Assembly: GCA_044356455.1 (NCBI GenBank)
Contig: JBIKWF010000067.1
Location: 1 to 22,627 of the forward strand
DNA: 22,627 nucleotides
Direction of reading: 5' to 3'
Source: Bdellovibrionota bacterium
GTDB lineage: Bacteria; Bdellovibrionota_C; UBA2361; JBGSMV01
Position numbers and translations under genes: made by a program. Position 1 is the stretch's first letter, and each line of letters begins with the position of its first letter. Of the stretch, positions 1 to 7,146 are shown piece after piece. The notes under the pieces were generated by a model that did no database searches, was not told the DNA's origin, and saw nothing but the letters and a program-made list of their open reading frames with translations.

Positions 1-162
1 TACCACGAATCGGGTGTTTTCACGAAACTCAAGGGGGACGGGGGGGGCATGCGGCCTATTGCAGCAATTTGATGCGCTATAACACCGGCTTATCGCACCG
101 AAAGGGGTTCTCTCCCTGAGCGAACAGCAGTGGAAGCTCGTGGGGCTTTGGTGAGGGATTCA

Positions 163-292
163 AGACGCGGAGACAGCGGAGGGTTTTGGGCCTGTATAGC
201 AACGCACCATCCGAATAGTGCTGCTTTTAGTGGCGAGGATCTGATTTATTTATATTCTTCCCCTCCGTGGTCTCCGTGTCTTCGCGTTCTAA
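163..292. repeat. Inverted pair of 9-nt-periodic repeat arms (GGAG variant)
   Basis: 163-181 AGACGCGGAGACAGCGGAG matches the reverse complement of 263-281 (CTCCGTGGTCTCCGTGTCT) at 16/19. Same family as 22442-22607. Confidence 0.7.
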
Positions 293-410
293 ATCCTTGA
301 CCTTAATTTTCGAATGGGGCGGGGAGGTTGCTTAGAACGTGAGAGGGGAGTACTGGGGCGGAAGAGGCAAAGGCCCCGTGAAGATCGAGTACCGGGGAAT
401 AGGTTCGCCG

Positions 411-1679
411 TTATAAGAGGCCTTTTAGAAGATAGAGGACGGTTCCGACTAGCCCGCCCACCAGGGTTCCGTTCATTCGAATGAATTGCAGGTCGCGGCC
501 GACTTGCAGCTCTAGCTTCTCAACGAGCAAATGAGGGTTCCAGCCTAAGATAGTCTCTTGGATATAGCTCTGCAGTTTTTCGCCCTGGGGGCCAGCGGCG
601 GCTGCCACCATGCTTTGAGCCACCGCATTAAGAGTGCTTCGAAGTTCCTTATCAGAACTCAGTTGTTTAGCGAGGTCACTGAGAAACTGATCCGCGCTCT
701 GTAAGGTTTTAGACTCGGGGGATGCGAGATCCTTAAGCCACTGAGAGCCTCCGCGCTCAGCAAGGGAGATCACGTAGGCGGCAAGGGCAGGATTCCGCAG
801 CGCTTTGTCTCTTAGCGTAGACATTTGGCTCTGCATCTGTGGGTCAGTACGCAGGGACGCGATGAGACTTGCCATTCCGCTTCTTAGTTTGATGCGCGCG
901 GGGTGATCGAAGGAATTTTGCATTTCTTGCAACGTGCGGGCAATTCTTTGTCCGGCGCCGCTTGCAACACGCTGGGTTACAAAGTTTGGAATAAACCACG
1001 GCACTGCACCAAAAAAAACGCTTTCAATAAATTCGTGGTGATGGGTAACAAACCCGCGCGCGAGTTCGAGCGTGTCAGAGAATACCGCGCGCTGTTCCTC
1101 TCCGGTGAAGAGGGCTTCGAGGGTGTCGGCTAAGACAAGCGGCACATCAGCAGATTCTAGTTTCTGATAGGCAAGTTCGCCGATTGTTTTTGAAAGTGCT
1201 TTTGATATTGCTCCGCCCTCTTTCCCGAGTAGGGTTGCAGAGGCGGCAAGCGCCTTGGCGCGATTGCTAGAAAGTAAAAGCCAGTCAGACAGAGCCGAGG
1301 CGACATCGATAGGCGGCCCAAGGCGTGACCCAGAAAGTGCCCCGGTGAGAACTTGCGAGGAATTTCCAAAGAAATTGCGAACGATAAACTCAGAGAGGTT
1401 TTGGGCAATGCGCCCCTTATTAGAGGGAATGATCGCCGTATGCGGAATAGGGAGACCAAGAGGGCGGCGAAAGAGGGCGGTTACTGCAAACCAATCGGCC
1501 AGCCCTCCTATGAGAGCGGCTTCGGCAAAGGCCTCGACGATTCCTAGCTCTGGATAGAGCGCTTTGAGATCTCTTGCGACAAGAAAGAGCGCAAGCATGG
1601 TTGCGAGAAGTAGGGAGGCGAGGCGTCTGCTTTGACGCACTCCGCCGATAAGGTCCTTGTCGTGAGAGCCATGAATCAT
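411..1679 (-). CDS. DUF445 family membrane protein
   Basis: N-terminal EAALIGGLADWFAVTALFRRPLGLPIPHTAIIP and C-terminal VGRDLQFIRMNGTLVGGLVG are the DUF445 signature ends. Start placed at ATG 1679; the ORF is open to 1715. Confidence 0.9.
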   Translation of the reverse strand: MIHGSHDKDLIGGVRQSRRLASLLLATMLALFLVARDLKALYPELGIVEAFAEAALIGGLADWFAVTALFRRPLGLPIPHTAIIPSNKGRIAQNLSEFIVRNFFGNSSQVLTGALSGSRLGPPIDVASALSDWLLLSSNRAKALAASATLLGKEGGAISKALSKTIGELAYQKLESADVPLVLADTLEALFTGEEQRAVFSDTLELARGFVTHHHEFIESVFFGAVPWFIPNFVTQRVASGAGQRIARTLQEMQNSFDHPARIKLRSGMASLIASLRTDPQMQSQMSTLRDKALRNPALAAYVISLAERGGSQWLKDLASPESKTLQSADQFLSDLAKQLSSDKELRSTLNAVAQSMVAAAAGPQGEKLQSYIQETILGWNPHLLVEKLELQVGRDLQFIRMNGTLVGGLVGTVLYLLKGLL

Positions 1680-1753
1680 GGCACCGAGTCTCGACTGGGA
1701 TTCGTGAGTGCGCAAGGTGCGGGGCAGATATTCCCCTGGTGTTAGAAGGGGAC

Positions 1754-1772
1754 AACCACAAAGATCACAAAG
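1754..1772. repeat. Solo arm of the 9-nt-periodic repeat (AAAG variant)
   Basis: AACCACAAAGATCACAAAG, intergenic, similar to the arm at 6496-6522. Confidence 0.55.
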
Positions 1773-1785
1773 AAAAGAGACTTTC

Positions 1786-2571
1786 TTAGAGCAGTGTGGT
1801 TCTCGTCACGGGAAACGGCAACTCCGTACGCATCGTAAATCGCACCATGCATTCTTTCGCCCGTCCTCTCACGATAAAGCTTGGGGTGTCGCTCTGGATG
1901 CGGGGGCCAGCGGCAATCGAATCTATTTCCAAAAGATCCTCAAGATTCAAACATTCCGCTGCTGCGGTTGCCAAGGCCCGCAGCGCCACGGGCAGCACGG
2001 GGCGTGAGAGAATGCCACTTGAGAACGGCTCGATGAGAAGTTTCACAAGCTCCATTTCCTCAAAAAAGGCCGCCCTTGAATACAGTATGTCGTAAAGAAA
2101 GACCTTTTGCCGCTCATCAGAGGAGCGGATTCTAAGCATCATGGGGTTACGCGTCGGTGAGGAGAGAAACCCATTTTGCCACACCACGCTGCGGCCTTCT
2201 GAGTCGCGAAGCTCTCCTAAGAGGCTATACTCAAGATGCCCCGCAGAGTTTCGGACTCGGAAGTGTTCTTCTCGTGCGGTGATACTGGTTACTTGAGGCG
2301 CCCTCTGCGCACTGCCGCAAGCAAGGAGCCCGCGCATCGTGGCGTCAATGAAGGGCTGGATGGCATCGATAAACGAAAGCCTGAGCATTTGGAGAGACTC
2401 TCTCTCTACTACGCGGTGCACGGGCCGCCAGGCTGAACAAAGGCGTTCGTAGTTCTGAACGATCTCGTCGCTTGAGGTGCGTTGGCGCTCCGGCGAGAGA
2501 TATCTGAGGAGACTGCCCCAGGCTTGTTCGTGAGTTTTTTGCTTCTGAAGATTGGTGCGTGACGTGCCCAT
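1786..2571 (-). CDS. Hypothetical protein (about 261 aa)
   Basis: Long ORF co-directional with its neighbours. ATG at 2571 is preceded by GGGGA (RBS-like); the ORF is open to 2685. No motif recognised. Confidence 0.7.
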   Translation of the reverse strand: MGTSRTNLQKQKTHEQAWGSLLRYLSPERQRTSSDEIVQNYERLCSAWRPVHRVVERESLQMLRLSFIDAIQPFIDATMRGLLACGSAQRAPQVTSITAREEHFRVRNSAGHLEYSLLGELRDSEGRSVVWQNGFLSSPTRNPMMLRIRSSDERQKVFLYDILYSRAAFFEEMELVKLLIEPFSSGILSRPVLPVALRALATAAAECLNLEDLLEIDSIAAGPRIQSDTPSFIVRGRAKECMVRFTMRTELPFPVTRTTLL

Positions 2572-2822
2572 CGACTCTATCCCCACAAGAGTGTGAAAAC
2601 GAAACAAACCCCAGTAACAGGGCAGAAGCCTCGCTTTGAGAAATACTCCCGTGGACCAGATCTGAGAGTTAATTAGAAAATCCAACTAACTCTCTGATGC
2701 TACGCCAGACAAATTAAATGAGCGTGGGCACCTCGCGAATGACCAACTTTGTGATGCGAGGGTCGTTCAAACGATGCAATCGATGCTGGAAATATCTGGG
2801 CTCAAGAGAGCAATCAGAACCG

Positions 2823-4349
2823 CTATGTTCCGAGCTCGTTCCGATTCGCATACTTAGCAACTAACTCGAGTAGAATGCCCTGATCAGCGAGGGGGAACAG
2901 CTGCATTAATTCCCTGGAAGATTCGCCTTCGGAGCGGGAGGGGCCAGAGAGAAAAGACTCAAACAAAACCCCGAAACTCTTAGGCGAGGGTGCCCAGTGA
3001 TCCCTCACAGGACTGCCCCGGAACAAAAGAGGGCTCGAGCCAAGTGCTTGGAAAATAAGACCAAAAAGTGACTTCTGAACCTGTTCGTCGAGAGTATTCG
3101 TTAGTTCCTGAGCAAAGTATTTGGCGTACCCAAGGGCGGGTCCCGAGAGGGCAGCTTTCCACGCCATTTCTAGACTTGGAGCTTTCTCTGAAATTCTGTT
3201 CCCTATAGCCGACACTAGTGACTTAGAGCCTTCTATGGGGGTAGCTGCATCCTCTGAGGGCTGAGTATCCGCGGTAAGCGCCGCCCCTAGGTCCAGGTCG
3301 CTCGGTTTCTCGTCTAGGGCACGTGCCAGTGATAGCGCATGGCCCGCGGTGAGCCACTCAGAGAGAGGGAAATACACTCGGCGCAAAGGGTGATTCTGGG
3401 GCAGGCGATAGAGGTCGTTTTCAAGTCCAAGGAGAGTGAACCTAAGGCTGGTAGGTACGGCAAGTTTTGCGAAGCTTTTTGGAGAGGGGGCTGGCTCATG
3501 CTGTTCTCTCTCGGATGGGTTCTCTTGAGAAGCTTCGTCAGCAATCCTCTCAAGCGCTTGCATAAATGCACTTAGTTTCTGGCCCGTAAAGGAGCGCTTT
3601 TTAAGCACGGCATCAATATTAATTTCTAGCACCTGACGCACGGTCATCTGCTGCTCAAAGGGCGCCTTGGGCCACTCCGGAAGCCAGTAGTCGCCGAGGC
3701 GCTTGCTATAGAACTTCCCAATTGCGCTCATTGATTTCAATTTGGTGAGGAGCGTAATGAGTTTAACTTCGGCCTCCGAGGAGCTGAAGGAGGGGAGGTC
3801 GGGAGTTGGGTATCTTGAGCGCTGGGTAACGGGGAAATCTATGGCCGGCGCCGATCCCGGCATGAGTCCCGGCGACTCAAAGTGCGCCCCAGGCGCAACC
3901 ACGGCCATTCCCTGAATAACCTCTGCGAGCGCGAGAAGAACGCGGTCACTTACGTGTGCAATACGGCTTACTTCTTCCGCGCCAAGCATGGTCAGGTCTT
4001 CCAGGCAGAAGTCCTTTAGCCCACCTGGTTTTCCGACTTTAACGACAAGCTCGCCGGCTTGAAGCCGCTTCACGAATTCAAATCGCGGAGAGGAGAGGAG
4101 TGCATCTAGTGCGCGGCGCAAAGACGCTATCGTTTCGGGAAGAACCTTCGCCGTACTCTTTTTTGCTTTTCGAGATGACTCTGATTTGCGGGAAATGCTT
4201 TTGGTCTTGCGAGAGCGGCGCGCACTCGCCTGGCTCTTCTTTTGAGCGCGGGAAGGTTTTGAGCTCTTAGCTGTGAGCGGCTTTTTTTTAGCCTGAGGCT
4301 TCCGTGAGTTGCCTTTTCGTAAAGCCAGCTTTGGGGACTTCTTCTTCAT
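2823..4349 (-). CDS. Hypothetical protein with a K/R/S-rich basic N-terminal tail and two possible alphaCTD/HhH-like segments
   Basis: 508-aa ORF with ATG start. The first 68 aa contain 28 K/R and one acidic residue. Domain similarity judged by eye only. Confidence 0.8.
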   Translation of the reverse strand: MKKKSPKLALRKGNSRKPQAKKKPLTAKSSKPSRAQKKSQASARRSRKTKSISRKSESSRKAKKSTAKVLPETIASLRRALDALLSSPRFEFVKRLQAGELVVKVGKPGGLKDFCLEDLTMLGAEEVSRIAHVSDRVLLALAEVIQGMAVVAPGAHFESPGLMPGSAPAIDFPVTQRSRYPTPDLPSFSSSEAEVKLITLLTKLKSMSAIGKFYSKRLGDYWLPEWPKAPFEQQMTVRQVLEINIDAVLKKRSFTGQKLSAFMQALERIADEASQENPSEREQHEPAPSPKSFAKLAVPTSLRFTLLGLENDLYRLPQNHPLRRVYFPLSEWLTAGHALSLARALDEKPSDLDLGAALTADTQPSEDAATPIEGSKSLVSAIGNRISEKAPSLEMAWKAALSGPALGYAKYFAQELTNTLDEQVQKSLFGLIFQALGSSPLLFRGSPVRDHWAPSPKSFGVLFESFLSGPSRSEGESSRELMQLFPLADQGILLELVAKYANRNELGT

Positions 4350-4389
4350 ACGTGCATCGTATCCGAAAGTAAGGGGGCGCCGGTACTAG

Positions 4390-4430
4390 TATATTGCCGG
4401 TCCTATTATATTGCCGGTCCTATTATATTG
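4390..4430. repeat. 17-bp tandem direct repeat, about 2.4 copies
   Basis: ATATTGCCGGTCCTATT at 4391-4407 and 4408-4424, then ATATTG at 4425-4430. Lies about 40 bp upstream of the 508-aa gene start. Confidence 0.9.
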
Positions 4431-4502
4431 ATGGTACCGCCAGATTAAAGATGGCTCATAGAACGAGAGCAGCTCCTGCGCTTTGCGGCAGCAAAATTTC
4501 TT

Positions 4503-5627
4503 CTAATTCCGCAAATCATAGGGCTCGGGAGAAACCTCCTTTGAGGAGAGGATTTCAAACACGGATTCTACTCTTGAAACAAAATCCGCCGCTTCGGCAG
4601 AAAGGTTTGGGGTAAGCTCCTTCAAATCTGGCTTCCCGTACCGAAAGTTAAGCAGTGCCTGAGCTCTTTGGCCGCCTGCGGCATCAAGCTCTTTTTTGAG
4701 TTCTTTGCATCCGATGCGAAGATTCTGGTGAATGTTAAACAAATCTCTGTCGCCGTAATCTTTGACCGCCTCTGGTCGCAGGCCAAGCAGGCCAGCATTC
4801 CCATTTCGGCTTACCCAGCGTTGGTTATATCCAGAGGCAATTTCGATTACTGCCTTCACGAAGAGTGGGTCCACTCCCTCTTGCCCAGCGACTTCGACAA
4901 TTATCGGACCAAATGAGGCGGCGCCCTCGGCGTTGTAATCGGGACGCTCGCCGGGGGGTAGAACCACGGCAGGTTTGGTGGTCGTAATAGGGGCCGATGT
5001 AGTTTGAATTCCAGCAATTGCTGAGAGTTCGTCGATAAAGGCATGGTAGTTGGTGGAAATGCGATCCCAAAATGACTCGGCAGCCTTCTGTAAATTCGCG
5101 CTCCTTTGTTGAGCAGTGAGTTTCCCCTTAGTGCCCCCCTCCTCGATTTGCGCAGGTGGTGTACCCGAGAAATCGAATGTTGCACCCTGACGCTGCCCGC
5201 GATCCCAAATCATAACGGCAAGGATGGCAAAGGCTCCTAGAAGGTAAAGGGGGCTCGACCCTCGAACATCAACTCTTAGTTTGTCAAAACCTGCGCGTGG
5301 ACTGAGAGTTCTTCCCACCAGAAATATCAAGGCGCCAAAGGCCGAGACCATTGGCAACAGGAGGAGGCGGCCTCCGGCAAGTTGTGGCGGACTTAATGGC
5401 CATGGAGACTTGGGAGTCGTAAAAAGTGGATCGAAAACAAACTGGTCGATGCAAACACAGGCGACGGCATAAAGAGCGAACACGTTCGCAAGTCGAAGCA
5501 GGCGCCGCGGGCGATTGGGGTCTTCTTCCTCTCTCGGGAAAAGATTCTGCCTTGCCTTAAGCAGGACCGCGAGAAGCAGTAGGGTAATCGGAATGCTGAC
5601 CCAAATAAGATAGAGAACGCCATCCAT
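4503..5627 (-). CDS. Multi-pass membrane protein with a C-terminal SLT lytic-transglycosylase-like domain (degenerate active site)
   Basis: About four hydrophobic N-terminal segments. C-terminal GVDPLFVKAVIEIASGYNQRWVSRNGNAGLLGLRP...DLFNIHQNLRIGCKEL follows the SLT pattern (AVIxxESxFN...GLMQLMP...DLFDPxxNIxxG). Confidence 0.8.
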   Translation of the reverse strand: MDGVLYLIWVSIPITLLLLAVLLKARQNLFPREEEDPNRPRRLLRLANVFALYAVACVCIDQFVFDPLFTTPKSPWPLSPPQLAGGRLLLLPMVSAFGALIFLVGRTLSPRAGFDKLRVDVRGSSPLYLLGAFAILAVMIWDRGQRQGATFDFSGTPPAQIEEGGTKGKLTAQQRSANLQKAAESFWDRISTNYHAFIDELSAIAGIQTTSAPITTTKPAVVLPPGERPDYNAEGAASFGPIIVEVAGQEGVDPLFVKAVIEIASGYNQRWVSRNGNAGLLGLRPEAVKDYGDRDLFNIHQNLRIGCKELKKELDAAGGQRAQALLNFRYGKPDLKELTPNLSAEAADFVSRVESVFEILSSKEVSPEPYDLRN

Positions 5628-5706
5628 AGATTTGGAGGGGAATGTACTCTGCTTTTTCTTGTCTAACCAGGTATTCAGTCAAGTGGCTGAGGGGCAACGC
5701 TCCTAG

Positions 5707-5805
5707 GGAACCTCTGAAAAACTCACCTCTGTGTACCTCTGCGTCCTCTGTGGTGAAATTTTCATGAAGAAATTCAAGGCAGAGAGCACGGAGGTACACA
5801 GAGGT
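5707..5805. repeat. IS5-like end (GGAACCTCTGAAAAA) plus palindromic periodic repeat, left of greB
   Basis: TIR-like 15-mer at 5707-5721 preceded by CTAG. Internal inverted arms at 5725-5750 and 5780-5805, with the outer 15 bp perfectly complementary. Confidence 0.85.
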
Positions 5806-5872
5806 TTAGTAAGTAGGGAGGTATTTTCGACGTTCTTTGGGTTAGAAGTCCGAGGCCGGCAGCGAACTCGGG

Positions 5873-6418
5873 CTATTCGAGGGCCAGGTACTTTATAGAG
5901 ACAATTTCCACCTCTTGGAGTCCCCGCGGCGCCCTAAATTGTATTACGTCGCCCACCCGGCCCTTAAGAATAGCGTTTGCCATGGGAGAGACCCAGCTAA
6001 TCCTTCCCTTAGACGCATCCGCCTCGTCGACGCCTACAATCGAAAACGTGCGTTCTCGGTCGTCCTCATCAAGGACAGTAACAGTAGCGCCAAAGAGTAC
6101 TTGGTCGGATTTAATAGTAACTGGGTCAACGACCTCAATGGTTTCTAGTCTTTTGGAAAGGTACCCGAGTCTCCTATCGATCTCTCTAAGCCTACGCTTT
6201 CCATAGAGGTAGTCTCCATTCTCGGAGCGATCCCCGTTTCCTGCTGCCCACTCAACCACCTTCACCACTTCTGGACGTTCGCGGAATTTGAGATCTTGGA
6301 ACTCTTTTTGGATATTCTTAGCTCCCTGCGGAGTCATGTAGTTCTTGGTCTCGCGGATAACGGGAACTGGCTCAATATCTTCTTCAGAAGAATCATTGGA
6401 AACAAATGCTTTACTCAT
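5873..6418 (-). CDS. greB: Transcription elongation factor GreB
   Basis: NYMTPQG, ERPEVV, WAAGNGDRSENGDYLYGKRRLREIDRR and ISWVSPMANA are GreB motifs. Start placed at MSKAF (6418). Confidence 0.95.
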   Translation of the reverse strand: MSKAFVSNDSSEEDIEPVPVIRETKNYMTPQGAKNIQKEFQDLKFRERPEVVKVVEWAAGNGDRSENGDYLYGKRRLREIDRRLGYLSKRLETIEVVDPVTIKSDQVLFGATVTVLDEDDRERTFSIVGVDEADASKGRISWVSPMANAILKGRVGDVIQFRAPRGLQEVEIVSIKYLALE

Positions 6419-6495
6419 GAGAACCGCACTCTTCAGATTTGCAGGGCGTAAGAAAGTTAGGCGCAAAACGCTAGTACCACTTTAGATATTATTGA

Positions 6496-6639
6496 ACCAC
6501 AAAGGACGCTAAGGACGCAAAGAAGGCTCAACTTTAAGGTGTTCCTTTGTGTCCCTTGCGTCCTTTGTGGTGAATTTCTTGATGAAATTTCACCACAGAC
6601 GACCGAGAGGTACACAGAGGTGAGTTCTTCAGAGGTTCC
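6496..6639. repeat. Three alternating periodic repeat arms ending in an IS5-like end, right of greB
   Basis: 6496-6522 pairs with 6545-6571 (24/27). 6571-6639 is nearly the reverse complement of 5707-5776. Ends TTCTTCAGAGGTTCC followed by TTAG. Confidence 0.85.
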
Positions 6640-6760
6640 TTAGGTCCCAGCCGCAAGTTTCTTCCGCGGTGGTGCCTACCATAGCTTCGTGTAATTCTAG
6701 GACTTCTCATGCCCTTTCTCAAGGTGGGCAAGCCTATGAATCTTGGTAAGGAACTTCACG

Positions 6761-7045
6761 GTGTCAGACAACAAGGAGCCCCCCAATCTCGAATCGCATG
6801 AGGAAGATGAATCCGCTGAGCTGGTGCCAACGAAATCTAAACTGAGCGAGGAGCTTGATCGCTTAAAGCGCGCGAGCATCGAGGCGCTTTCAACCAGGGA
6901 GAGGATGCCGCAGCCTTTATTTTGGTCCCTTTTTCACAGTGAGCTCGCAGGTCTTAAAAAGCGTAAGCACCTTGAGCGCTTTATTGAGCAGGTGTTTGAA
7001 GAGTCAGCTACTTCTTCTTCCAAGCCTTCTGGTAAGGGATCGTAA
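6761..7045 (+). CDS. Small hypothetical protein (about 94 aa)
   Basis: ORF fills the gap between two repeat elements. GTG at 6761 is preceded by AAGGA. Composition is charged and helical-looking. Confidence 0.5.
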   Translation: MSDNKEPPNLESHEEDESAELVPTKSKLSEELDRLKRASIEALSTRERMPQPLFWSLFHSELAGLKKRKHLERFIEQVFEESATSSSKPSGKGS

Positions 7046-7066
7046 GGACTCGCAGAGATTACCTAA

Positions 7067-7146
7067 GGAACCTCTGAAAAAGTCCACTCAGTGATCTCTG
7101 TGCCCTCTGTGGTTGATTTAAATTGTTAAAAAACTACAGAGGTTCC
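7067..7146. mobile_element. 80-bp MITE with IS5-subgroup-like ends, internally deleted form
   Basis: GGAACCTCTG...CAGAGGTTCC perfect 10-bp terminal IR, flanked by CTAA direct repeats at 7063-7066 and 7147-7150. Confidence 0.85.

Noticed and set aside
4390..4430. Possible CRISPR mini-array
   Set aside because: The repeats are directly adjacent with no spacers, only 17 bp long, and no cas genes are in the window.
5557..5799. 80-aa minus-strand ORF (FTTEDAEVHRG...)
   Set aside because: It is a translation of the periodic repeat/MITE end and overlaps the SLT-like gene start in another frame.
6534..6731. 65-aa minus-strand ORF (HHKGRKGHKG)
   Set aside because: The periodic peptide is a by-product of the 9-nt repeat, with no independent coding evidence.
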